Shown here: positions 12,409-24,036 of the stretch, piece after piece
How the letters are laid out: each line of letters begins with the position of its first letter
Numbering within the stretch: position 1 is the stretch's first letter
NCBI GenBank assembly: GCA_043228905.1
Contig: JBHGNT010000017.1
Span: forward strand, 4,960,001-5,024,000
Length of the DNA: 64,000 bases
Source of the DNA: Azolla caroliniana
Taxonomy: Eukaryota; Plantae; Polypodiophyta
Reading direction: 5' to 3'
Made by a program: the position numbers and the translations under genes
The notes under the pieces: generated by a model
What the model saw: only the letters and a program-made list of their open reading frames with translations
Database searches by the model: none
What the model was told of the DNA's origin: nothing

Positions 12409-14895
12409 CTGTAGCCAGCCCAATCGGCATCCGTGTACCCTTCGAGTCAAATTGGTGTGACCGATGCGTAGAGGATGCCGTAATCCATTCTGCCACTCAC
12501 GTATCATAATACTCGCTTAGCACAATCAAAATGGATATCTCGCGGAGTTTGCATGAATTGGCTAAGGAGGCCGACTGGATAGTTGAGGTAGGGTCGAGTG
12601 ATCGTGAGATAGATGAGGCTCCTGATCAGTTGTCGATATTGAGTCGGCTCGCACTCATCTTTGCCGGAGTCAGTATCTGGTTAGAGGTTTCGATCGAGAG
12701 GGGTTGACATAGATTTACACTCTGTTATCCCGAACTTGTATAGTAAGTTGAGAATGTAGTGTCGTTGAGAGATCATAATGCTGGTTTACTTCGAATTACT
12801 TCGATGCCTAGGAAGTAATGAAGTTCCTTCATGTCTATCATCTCGAATTTGTTGGAGAGGAGGGATTTCACCTTGTTGATGTCGACTAAACTTTCTCCTC
12901 CAATGACCAGATCATCCACGTATAGAATGATGATAATCGAGCTTCTAGAGTCGTTTCGTATGTAGAGGGAGTTGTCGGATTTCGACATTCGAAAGCCGAT
13001 TTGATGAAGATATTGCGTAATCTTCGAATGTCAAGCACGTGGTGCTTGCTTGAGGCTGTAGAGAGGCTTCTTGAGTTGGCATACGGCTTTCGGATGAATG
13101 TTGGATTCGAAGTCGGGTGGTTGTACCATGAACACCTCCTCTTCTAATTCGCCTTGAAGAAAGGCGTTCTTGACGTCCATTTGGTGGAGGTGCCACCCTT
13201 TCGTCGTTGCGAGTGCGATCACGGTCCGCATAGTCGTCTTCTTTGCCACCAGGGCAAATGTCTCTTTGTAGTCGACTCCACACGTCTATGCGTATCCTTT
13301 TTCTATGAATCGAGCTTTGTAGCGGTTTACGGAGCCATCAACATTATACTTCACCTTGTAGATCCATCTACAGCCGATCGCCTTCTTGTGCGGTGAGTGG
13401 GGGACAAGATCCCATGTCTTGTTTTTGGAGAGTGCTTGCATCTCCTCATTCATTTCTTCAACCCATCTGGGGTCCTTCACGGCTTCGGAAAACATTTCTG
13501 GCTCCTGTAGTGTCGTTACCTTCATCATAAAGGCGTAATGGTACGCCATATAATCGTTGTAGCCGAATCGACTTACGGGGTTCTTTTCACAGGTGGATCG
13601 GCGGCGCTTCTCATTTGTGGATACTAAGGCTTTCTTCGCTCCAATTGTCTGGATGTCAAGGCCTTCGAACTCACTATTGAGGGAGTGAATCGATTCGTTG
13701 CCGTTGAAGTGATCGTCTTCATACTCTGACATTTTCGCCTTCCCTTTGTCTAGCTTCGAACTCGGCCGAGATGTGCTTTGACCGCTCGGAGGCTCTTGTG
13801 GCTCACTAAGGCTTGTCGTAATCGGGCTTTCTTCGTACATGTGCATGAGCCGATCTTCGGCTTCTATCTCTATTTCAGCGGATTCCGGGTCGAGTGGAAT
13901 CAGAGTCGAAGTTGTCTCTAGTGCGTACCAGGATGCGGACTCATCGAAAACGACGTCTCGACTTACTCGACCCTTCCGAGTAGAGGGGTTATAGCACTTG
14001 TACCCCTTTTGCTCCAGTGAATATCCTATGAGGATACATTTCTCCGACTTCGGGTCAAGCTTTTGTCACTTCTCATGGGGGATGTGCATGTATGCAATGG
14101 AGTCGAATATCCGAACATGTGATAGATCCGGCTTCTTCCTAAAAAACTTCTCGTGCGGAGTAAGTTCGTGCACACCCGATGTCATACACTGATTCATGAG
14201 GTATACGGTCGTGTTAACTGGGCTGACATAGAGTTCACTCTATGCTTCATTACGAATAGTCCGCCGTAGTCGTCGTATTCGGAGTTGGTGGCGTAATTCG
14301 TGAGTTTTCGACTTGTCGAAGTCAACCTGCTTCTTCTTTTTCAGCACTTGTCCTCGCGGTGGCCGATTTTTCTGCAATAGTTGCAAGTTGCGGGCCTCAT
14401 TTGCCGACCTTGTTCAACATGGAAGCTCCCCTTTCTTTCGAAGGTTCCTCGATGGCTTCCGTTAAGGTTTGAGTTCCCTTTGTGTGATGGGCTGAATTGG
14501 CCTCTTCTATCGCCGTGACCTTGTCCTTGGCCACTGTCCGAACTTGAGAAGACCATTTTTCCTTCCGATGTCTTTGTCTTGGTTCGGACGTGGTTCTCTT
14601 TGACCTATAATATTGATTGGAAGTCGAAGAACAAAGGAGGGTTTTCTCTCGCCAAGATTGCCATCCGTAATGGATCGAATCGTTGTGCGAGGCCGCCCAA
14701 GCATACTTGATTTTGGCAGTGTAGTCTGACACGGACATGTCTTTTTGCCGAATGTTGTTCAACTCTTGTCGGGGTTGAAGTTTTCGGGCGGTTATGTTGG
14801 CGGCGAACATTTTCTTTAAGTTTTCCCATGCCTCTTTGGGCGTCTTGGCGTCTCGAATGTGGCTAAGCATGTGGTCGTGGACACATGTTGCCAAG

Positions 14896-15127
14896 CAATA
14901 CATGACTCGACTCTCTGTTTGCTCCCATATTGAGTAGTCGCCTTTCTTTGGGTCGGGTCGATTTTCTTGAGTGTCGTTGATGTAGCTCCAATACCCTTGG
15001 CCGACTAGGTACAATACATGACTCGACTCGCTACTTGCTCCCATGTTGAGTAGTCGCCTTTCTTTGGGTCGGGTTGATTTTCTTGAGTGTCGTTGATGTA
15101 GCTCCAATACCCTTGGCCGACTAGGTA
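14896..15127. repeat. 116-bp tandem duplication in copia A gag
   Basis: CAATACATGACTCGACTC at 14896 and 15012; peptide YLVGQGYWSYINDTQEN occurs twice. Confidence 0.85.
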
Positions 15128-16287
15128 TTGGTTCATCTTGTACTCCCAAGATGAATAATTGCTCCGGTCTAGCTTTTCACTACGGAGCGAGCTACCCATT
15201 TGTGTGTTCATTTTGATGTAGTGTCTTCTCTTCTTTTGCTTTTCTTCCTTCGATCACGTACACATGCTACGTAGCGGAACTATGGTAGCGGATAACTGGA
15301 TTTTGTTGTCGGCGTCTCGAACACACAATCATGGAGTCGGGTGGGCTTAGTGGATGTGCTAAACCACACACTTTGATACCATGTTAATAATTAGGTAATT
15401 AAGCAAGAGTTATTTAGTACCTAATTATGTGATTAAGTTAAGTGCGGAAGATTATGTGATATGTGTGTATGTGTGTGAGAGGAAGAGAAAGAGGAAGATA
15501 CACTTATGAATAACACAAGATGGGGGATGATTAACTCTATATTAAACTAGCATCATCATCATCGAAAACAAAAATACCCACAATGAGGTATATATACATC
15601 TCATGTGCAAAGGTGCATATGTGTGCGTAGAATATAAGTACAAAGGTGTAAGTCCTATATTAAATGTACTTGGGAGTGGAGGATCTAGAATATCCCACTT
15701 AAGTACAAGGTCCTATTTAAGGCGTTATAGTCAACACTCCTAACTAGATTCTATCTAGGTAACTACGAAGTTACATGGTTGCCTAAATAACTAAACTAAG
15801 TTGAGCTTGATCTCTCAACAACTATTGTAATCATCTTGGAAATATCAATACAAGCTATTTCATTTCTCCTCTTTCTTTGACAAGAAGTCCGATGCTTACT
15901 TCCCGGATTCACGATTTTCTTTTTCATTGCATGTGTACTCCGGGATCACCATCACAACGTTGGGGCACAAGTGATGAGAGTGGTCGACTATGCAACACAA
16001 GTGATGAGAGTGGTTGACTTTGCACACTTGCCCTAAACAAGTTCGAGAGTCTTAGTATCACACTTTGATACAATGCTCTGCCTCTGATCATATTTGACCA
16101 TGCTTTCCATGCATCTTCGACCAAGCCCAATCCTTGCACGAATTTCTGTCATAACCACAATGTGCAGTCTCAATTGCAACATTCATTGGTAAAGTTCTTG
16201 AACATCGAGAGTTCATTTTCACATGTATCACCTAAAATATAATATTTTTAGTCTCATAGGTCATATTTGACCTTCGAAGACGATAAT

Positions 16288-16325
<38 letters not shown>

Positions 16326-16339
16326 TCTCTCTCTCTCTT

Positions 16340-17816
16340 CATGGTTGAGTTTCCGTGGCATCTCTAACATTGGCAATTGCCATAGAAGAAAAACCCTTTA
16401 ACATTTGCAAAATATTTTCTCACCCCCAACTCGTGGATAAGAAGTGAATGCATTAATTTCCCGCATATTCCCCAATTATATACCTCAAGAACTCGAAATG
16501 AATTTGGAAAATGAGGCATCCCTCCACTATTCTCCATGTGTGTGAAAACCCAATTGAATGAAGATAGTTTTACTCTAGTCAAAGACATCCATACTAAATT
16601 GATATACCACCAAACTGTCTTGACTATTGGGCATGAAAGAAATTGATGCCTACTATGTTCTAGTTCCACCAAACAAATGAAGCACATTCTTGTAGCAATG
16701 TTTCTTTTGGTTAATGCATCCCTCCCCCCCAATGCAATGTTTCCAAGTTGAATTCTTCTCTTTCCTATAAAGTATGCCACCATTTCCATCAAAGGTTGTA
16801 CATCCTCAAACATAAATAGAATGAAAGTAATTGACGACCCACCATATGCTCATATAAATTCAATATTGATGTCCCACCAACACACTTTAGAGTACAAACA
16901 CGATCCCATGCTATCCACATCATGGCACTTTTCCTTTTCTCTTCTATAACAACATCCCCATTAAGCATGACACCATTTCAAGAGCTTTCTTTGACCATGG
17001 TAACAAAGGAAGACAATAAGATACCATAATCGATTGAACCACTTTAAGCCGTTCATGAAAAGGCCATAATTGAGATGTCCAATACATAAACTTATCTTCC
17101 AAATTGTTAGATACCCACTCAATAAGCTTTACACGAGAAACTTCCACCCCAATTTTATATCCAAAGTGAAAACAAATTATATCATGCTATACTATCTTTC
17201 CCGACTACCGACCCTTAAGACATCTTATTTTGTACATGAAATGAGAATTTTTTTATGCATATTCATTCTCAACCCCGAAGCATTTGAAAATATTTCCCAT
17301 ACATCTCTTGTGTTAACAAATATTTTCTTGATTAGGTGCCAAAAACATGATAGAGTCATTTGTGAGAGCTTGAACAATACATGGATTCCCTTATAACAAT
17401 CTCAATTCAAGGAATTATTCCTCCACAACCATATTGTGTAATTTAACAAGAATAGGAGGTGTTACCATATTGAATATAAAGGACTTACTAGGCATACCTG
17501 TCTAATTGATCTTCAAATGGAAATAGGTTGTGCTACTCCTCCATTAAACATCACATGTGAAATAGAACCCTCCCCTAATGTGTATATCAACTTAGACATA
17601 CCATCATAGAACCCCGTATGGGACATCAATTGATTTATAAATGATCAATCCACATTTAAATTATATGTCTTTTCAATATCCAATTGTAACAACAATAGTT
17701 ATAATTGTTTAGACTTTGCATAGTCAATTGCCATTTCAACATTTAAAATATTACATAGAATATCTTATTTTGCTAAGAACCTATATTGAGCATTATGAAT
17801 ACTAGAAGGTAAAACA
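16340..17816 (-). mobile_element. Second degenerate L1-like LINE ORF2, continuing at 23950-24036
   Basis: zf-RVT-like CFICLVELEHSRHQFLSCP and a decayed LQLDIEK RT motif. After the nested inserts, 23950-24036 reads WKPISLIGGMYMIFAKLMACRL (RT domain 1). Confidence 0.75.
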
Positions 17817-18657
17817 TGTTGGGAAAATTGGTTCCTCAAGATGGGAAGAACACAATTTGGATATTGCACAAGGAGTTGGATCGTCAGGAGTCGATTTAGC
17901 ACCGACTGGAGAGATAAGCTGAATCAGTCGATAGCTAACTTAGCTGAGGCCGAAAAATTGACTGACCGATAATTGATCGTTAACCAATTTGGCTAATAAC
18001 CAAATCGACTGGATTCGACTAGGCTATATTTATAAATAGTCATATATGTATTCAATATTTGAATATAAATATAGATAGGGCATGTAGTTATGGATGTGTG
18101 GGAGTCATTGTAACTAGTGCATCCGAGTGTGTAACTAGTGTGTGGGAGTAATAGAGGGCGTGAGAATGAGTAAAACTTTGTTGTAACCATCATTAGACGA
18201 AGAAGACCTCAAGGTTGTTGCCTTAGAGTCTCCTGTTGTATTCCTTCCTGTAGAAAGTAGCGTGCGGAAGCAAGTATGAAGACCGAACAAAAGGAAGAAC
18301 AACTTAGGTTTAATGGAGAACTTGAGCTTACACAGTATACACGGGAGAGACAGAGAGAGTGAAATCACAAGAACTATATTCAACAATAATACTCGATCTG
18401 TACATAAGACGTGCTCAGTGAACACTTTTATACAAGTCCTAGAAGGACTGACCGAAGTACTGACAGTACTTCAATGCTCATTGAGAGCTCCTACACTAAC
18501 TCCGAAATATATTCCTCACGGAATATCTTTCCTAACGGCCTCCCGGTTTCCGCACTGATCCGGCCCTACCTACGCACCGGTCTGCGTACCGGTTTACGCA
18601 TTCGGCCTAACCGATCTCGGCTTCTTCAGTCGATCCGGCCAATGTTGAGCTTGTCTC

Positions 18658-20425
18658 TCAACACTCCCCCTCAAGCTCAACTTGAGGCTCTTCGGGATCT
18701 TTGGGCTCACAGCTCCGGTTCCTCCTGGCTTCATGCCTCGCTCGCGCTCCTTGACCTGTTTGACTCCGCGCGCTTCGACCCTTCCGGTCGGCTTGTCTGC
18801 TCATGTGGCCCTTATCAGCTTTTCTGTTGTTGCGGTGTTGATGCTTCTCCTGCTGCCTTTTCTTCCGTTTGGGCCTCGATTGATTCAGCGTATCTGAATC
18901 AAACATCCGAACCGACTCGGCTACCTCCGATCGGTTTTCGCTCTCGTCCGAGTTGGCTGTCTCCAACTTGTCTTCGGTCTTCTCGCCCTCGACGGCGTCA
19001 TCTTCCCCATGCGTGGTTGGCTTCGGCTCCCTCCTTCGGCTGTTCCCCTTCTGTCCGCTTCCGGACTTTTCCACGGGTCCGCCCTTGGCTTCTTCAGCCG
19101 ATCCGAAGTCGAACTCGACAACCGAGTCAACCGACTCGGTGTCGCGGTCTCCGTCCCTTTCCTGCTGCCTTGCTTGGTCATTCGGGACTGTTCTCCCGCT
19201 CAAGTTTGGCACGTTGAGGTGACGCAACCCGAGCGCACCTGAGAATTGCCGCAACTTGTCCAGACCAAGAGGCTTTGTGAAGATGTTGGCAGTCTGCCGA
19301 TCCGTCGGCACGTACTGAAGTTCGACTTCACCGGAAAGGACACGCTCACGGATGAAATGGTAGTGCACCTCAATGTGCTTGGTCCGTGCGTGGAAAACGG
19401 GGTTTTTTGCGAGCTGGATGCTGCTGAGGTTGTCGTAGTAGATCGTCGTTGGATCGGACACCTCCTCTTGCAGGTCCTTAAGTAGCCGCTTCAACCATAT
19501 GGCTTCGCATGTCGCGACAGCCGCTCCTCGGTACTCAGCTTCGGTGCTTGACAGTGCAACTGTCGGCTGCTTCTTACTGCTCCACGCGATCGCGGCACTC
19601 CCGAGGGAGAACGCGTATCCGGACGTGGATCGGCGATCGGCGGCATTGCCAGCCCAATCAGCATCGGTGTAGCCGACTAACTGCGTGACTGCACCGGTCC
19701 GATAGAGCAGTCCCCGGTCCTTAGTGCCGTTGACATACCGAAGTATGCGTTGCGCACACTGGAGGTGCTCCTCGGTAGGTCGCGCCATGAACTGACTGAT
19801 CACTCCGACCGGATAACTGAGGTCGGGTCGGGTGATGGTCAAGTATATGAGGCTTCCGACAATTTGTCGGAACCTCGTCGGGTCGCATACCTTTCCCGTA
19901 TCGGGACGAAGCTTGACGGTTCTGTCTAGAGGAGTCAAGACGGACTTACAGTCGGCCATCCCGAATTTGAAGAGCATACTCAACACGTAATGACGTTGGC
20001 TGATCAATATGCCTTCGGGGGTATGGATCACTTCGATCTCGAGGAAGTAATGAAGGTCCCCCAGATCCTTCATGTCGAATGATGCCGCAAGCTGGAGCTT
20101 CACGCGGTCGATTTCACCTAGGTCGGCGCCGGTGATGACCAAGTCATCAACATATAGTAAAATACTAACCGGTCCGAGTCGACCTTTCCAGATGAACAGG
20201 GAAGAGTCTGATTTTGACGTGACGAAGCCCATCCGACGCAGTTGGTGCGTGATCTTCGCGTTCCAGGCACACGGGGCTTGCTTCAGTTCGTAAAGGGACT
20301 TTTTCAGTTGGCATACTGCCGAGGAGTTCGTTCCGGAGTGAAAACCGGGGGGCTGTACCATGTACACCTGTTCCTCAAGGTCACCTTGTAGGAATGCATT
20401 CTTTACATCCATCTGATATAAATGC
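18658..20425 (-). CDS. Copia C RT/RNase H with a charged C-terminal extension
   Basis: QMDVKNAFLQG, LYVDDL, GYTDADWAG, HARTKHIEVHYHF, then ~170 low-complexity residues up to the LTR. Confidence 0.85.
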
Positions 20426-20775
20426 TGTTGGGAGACAGGTCCCTTCGGATGGGAAGGGAGAAGAACAGTGCTGATGAACAAGCTCGGTCGAGGCCGGAAC
20501 CGTATGAGGAGTACCCGGCTACGGAGAACCGGATGGTACAGACCCGGTATGAACCGGATGAGGAGTACCCGGCTACGGAGAGCCGGATGGTGCAGACCTG
20601 GTATGAACCGGATGAGGAGACATATTGGTAAATATGTTTCTGAGAGTCCATTGAGGCTATATTTGTAAATAGACGAAAAGTCATATTATTATAAATAAGA
20701 CTTAGGGCAAACTTTTTTTGTAATTGTTGTTAGTTGTTATTTCTTGTCTGTGTGAGATCAGAACGCGTAACAGCG

Positions 20776-20814
<39 letters not shown>

Positions 20815-21088
20815 GTCGCTGCCTTTGTTGTAACCGCCGCTTGTGGCGAAGAACGTGAGCACGAGGTCGTTGCCTCCGTGAACTCACTGTTTTTGTACAT
20901 TCTAGCATAGTGATAGTTTGCAGCCTGTGGGCTGCCATGGTTTTTCCCTAGTTTGGGTTTTCCACGTAAACACCCTGTGTACTCTTCTCCTCTTTGTGTC
21001 GCGTGTTTTCGTTTCCTGTTTTCTGTGTATGAAAAGAATCTCGGTTGTGGCCGAGCGTTGTGCATAAGGATCGTTGTAGTTCGCGACA
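20426..21088 (+). mobile_element. Solo LTR inserted in copia C RT
   Basis: TGTTGGGAG...TCGCGACA with 5-bp TSD AATGC/AGTGC, splitting KGWHL|YQMDV. Contains a 54-bp tandem repeat (20497, 20551, 20605) and an (AG)n tract. Confidence 0.85.
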
Positions 21089-22074
21089 AGTGCCACCCCT
21101 TCACCGCAGCTACTGCGAGCAAAACACGGACGATCGTCATTTTCGTGACCAACGCAAACGTCTCATCGTAGTCGATGCCGTGTTTCTGCGCGTAGCCCTT
21201 TGCCACTAGCCGAGCCTTGTACCGGTTGACCGAGCCATCGGTGTTGTACTTGACCTTGTACACCCACCTACACCCGATCGGTTTCACACCCTTCGGTGCG
21301 TCAACCAAGTCCCAGGTCTCGTTCTCCACCAATGCGTGCATCTCTTCTTCCATCGCGGCACGCCAAGTCGCGTCTTTAGCCGCTTCTACGTAGCCCTCCG
21401 GCTCACGCACTTCCGCTACACAGGTCATGTACGCATAGTGATGCGCCATGTACTCGTTGTATCCGAACCGCACAACTGGGTTCTTTTGGTGGGTAGATCG
21501 GCGCAATCGGTCATTTGCCGATGTCGAGGTCTTCTCGGCTGACACGGTCTTCACCTTTAAAGACCCGTCACCGGTTCCCTCGGAGTCGGACTTGCGTCGG
21601 TCTGACTCGTTCCTATTCGTGCTGGAGTTCGACACCTTCTTCTTCCCTTTCTCTTTGCGCGTAAGCCGTCTCCTCGACTCCTACGCGGGGAATGCATGGC
21701 CGAGTCTCCACTACTCGCCGGCTCTTCATCGGACTGGTTGTACCGACTCAGTCATCCAATCTGTCCACTTAAACGGAGTGAAGTAGGACTCTCTTCATGG
21801 GTCTGGATTTCGGGCTCATCCGAAGGCATCTCGGCCTCGCTAACCTCATCATCAGAACTCGGATTGGAGTCGGGGGCTGGTACCAGGACGCGGACTCGTC
21901 AACCACAACGTCGCGGCTAACACGCGCTTGTTTGGTGCGAGGGTTATAGCACTTATAACCCTTCTGCTCGTCTGACTAACCGACCAAGTTGCATTTCTCG
22001 GCCTTTGCGTCCAGCTTCCTCCTTTTCTCCTTCGGTACATGCACATACGCAATGCTACCGAACACCCTTAAGTG

Positions 22075-23238
22075 TCACAAGTTCGGCTTCGTTCTGAAAT
22101 ATAGCTCGTGCGCCGACACTTTGTCTCCGATCCAGTTCTGGATGTATACCGCGGTCCTTACCGCCTCGGCCCAGTAGAACTTGGGCAAGCTCTTCTCCTC
22201 CAGCATTGCCCGTGCCACTTCCACAACTGACCGATTCTTCCTCTCGGCCACGCCGTTTTGCTCCGGCGTGTATCTACAACTGAATTCGCGCCAAATTCCC
22301 ATTTGTTGTAGATAACCGTTGAATTGACCGGAGAAGTACTCTTTCCCGCCATCCGACCGCAGGCACTTGATCTTTCGTCTCGTTTCCGTTTCCACAAACC
22401 CTTTGAGGTCCCGAAAACAGTCGAAGACTTCGCTCTTCCTCTTAATGAGGTAAATCCACGTGTGCCGCGTGTGGTCGTCGATGAAGGAGACGAAATATCG
22501 GCTCCCGCCAAGACTAACGTTTTGTGCCGGCCCCCATACATCGGAGTGTATAAGGTCGAGCTTGTTCCGGCTCCAGTTTTGCTCGTTGAGGAAAGGAAGT
22601 TGGTGTTGCTTCCCGAGCTGGCAGGCTTCACAAATTTGTGCCTTTCGGCCACTAAATTTGGGCAATCCAAACACTACCTGTTTCGATTGCAGATCTTGAA
22701 GCCGCTGGTAGTTGACGTGGCCTATCCGCTTGTGCCACAAGTCGATGTCCGACTTGGATTTTTGTCCCTTCGCGAACATTGCGGTGCCGCCATCAGTGGA
22801 GTCGAGGATGAACATCCTCCCATCTCTGCGCCCTTGCGCAATCACACGACCTTCTTCCTCAATGAAGCACCCGAGGTGTGTAAACCGAACCTCCATCCCT
22901 TGGTCGACGATCTGTCCGACCGAGACCAAGTTCTTCGTGATTGTCGGGAAAATCTTCTTCAGATTTTCCCACGCACCCTTTGGCGTCTTTGCATCCCGAA
23001 CATAGCTCAATAGTTGTTCGCCCACACACGACGCGAAGCAGTATAATACCCTGCTCGCTGATTGCTCCCACGACGGGAAGTCTCTGTGTGTCGATTCGGG
23101 TGCCGCGTCATTAGCTCCTTCAACATAACTCCAGTACCCGTGCTCGAGCAGGTACTGGTGCATCTTGTAGGACCAAGACGCGTAGTTGGTTTTGTCGAGC
23201 TTCTCTGTTGGAAGCGAGCTCGCCATGCCTCTATCCAT
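22075..23238 (-). CDS. Copia C gag-integrase fusion ORF (deletion product)
   Basis: Gag AWENLKKIF is joined in frame to PTITKNLVSVGQ. The intervening knuckle and protease are present in sister copy F. Confidence 0.8.
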   Translation of the reverse strand: MDRGMASSLPTEKLDKTNYASWSYKMHQYLLEHGYWSYVEGANDAAPESTHRDFPSWEQSASRVLYCFASCVGEQLLSYVRDAKTPKGAWENLKKIFPTITKNLVSVGQIVDQGMEVRFTHLGCFIEEEGRVIAQGRRDGRMFILDSTDGGTAMFAKGQKSKSDIDLWHKRIGHVNYQRLQDLQSKQVVFGLPKFSGRKAQICEACQLGKQHQLPFLNEQNWSRNKLDLIHSDVWGPAQNVSLGGSRYFVSFIDDHTRHTWIYLIKRKSEVFDCFRDLKGFVETETRRKIKCLRSDGGKEYFSGQFNGYLQQMGIWREFSCRYTPEQNGVAERKNRSVVEVARAMLEEKSLPKFYWAEAVRTAVYIQNWIGDKVSAHELYFRTKPNL

Positions 23239-24036
23239 CGTTCTTCTTGTTCTTCTTCGTCAAGCTGTGTCGGCTGCAGAGAGGTTCTCAACCCTCGCGC
23301 TCTGATACCATGTAGAAAGTAGCGTGCGGAAGCAAGTATGAAGACCGAACAGAAGGAAGAACAACTTAGGTTTAATGGAGAACTTGAGCTTACACAGTAT
23401 ACACGGGAGAGACAAAGAGAGTGAAATCACAAGAACTATATTCAACAATAATACTCGATCTGTACATAAGACGTGCTCAGTGAACACTTTTATACAAGTC
23501 CTAGAAGGACTGACCGAAGTACTGACAGTACTTCAATGCTCATTGAGAGCTCCTACACTAACTCCCAAATATATTCCTGAATCCTCACAGAATATCTTTC
23601 CTAACGGCCTCCCGGTTTCCGCACCGATCCGGCCCTACCTACGCACCGGTCTGCGTACCGGTTTACGCATTCGGCCTAACCGATCGGTCCCAACCGATCC
23701 GGTCCTCGGCTTCTTCAGCCGATCCGGCCGATGTTGAGCTTGTCTCTCAACACTTCCTATATAGTGATCTAGTTTGGAGTTTGCGGACTCCCGTGGTTTT
23801 TCCCATTTAGGGTTTTCCACGTTAAAATATTCGTGTCTCTATACTTTGTTCGTGTCTACTGTTTCTTGGTTGTCTTGGTTCTTGTGTCTCCCATTTTGTA
23901 CGTGTTGACCGGTTGTGACCGTCTACATGGGGGCTTCATATTCATAACAAAACCTTAATGTAATCTACAGGCCATCAATTTTGCAAAAATCATGTACATC
24001 CCCCCAATCAATGAGATAGGCTTCCACTACGCAAAG

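Larger units (their letters stand above)
10070..15820 (-). mobile_element. Decayed Ty1/copia element A with internal deletions and duplications; its two LTRs are dissimilar
   Basis: 5' LTR 15382-15820 with degenerate tRNA-iMet PBS (TGGTATCA, 15374-15381). Gag KLDRSNYSSWEYKM and knuckle CNYCRKIGHREDKC; RT QMDVKNAFLQG and LYVDDL; RNase H. PPT next to 3' LTR ~10070-10532. Confidence 0.85.
18249..23752 (-). mobile_element. Ty1/copia element C with two LTRs and an internal gag-protease deletion
   Basis: Near-identical LTRs at 18249-18663 and 23311-23752, perfect 5-bp TSD CTTCC, PBS TGGTATCAGAGC 23299-23310, PPT 18664-18672. ORFs encode gag N-term, GAG-pre-integrase, integrase (HSDVWGP, LRSDGGKEY, QNGVAERKNR), RT and RNase H. 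Confidence 0.95.
17817..23949 (+). mobile_element. Copia-type solo LTR (17817-18248 plus 23758-23949) split by copia C
   Basis: TGTTGGGAAAATT...TTCATAACA with TSD AAACA/AAACC. Resembles the LTR at 24037-24567. Confidence 0.75.

Noticed and set aside
18411-19217. 268-aa + strand ORF and other antisense ORFs over TE coding regions
   Set aside because: Shadow frames of copia or gypsy ORFs and LTRs, with no independent homology.
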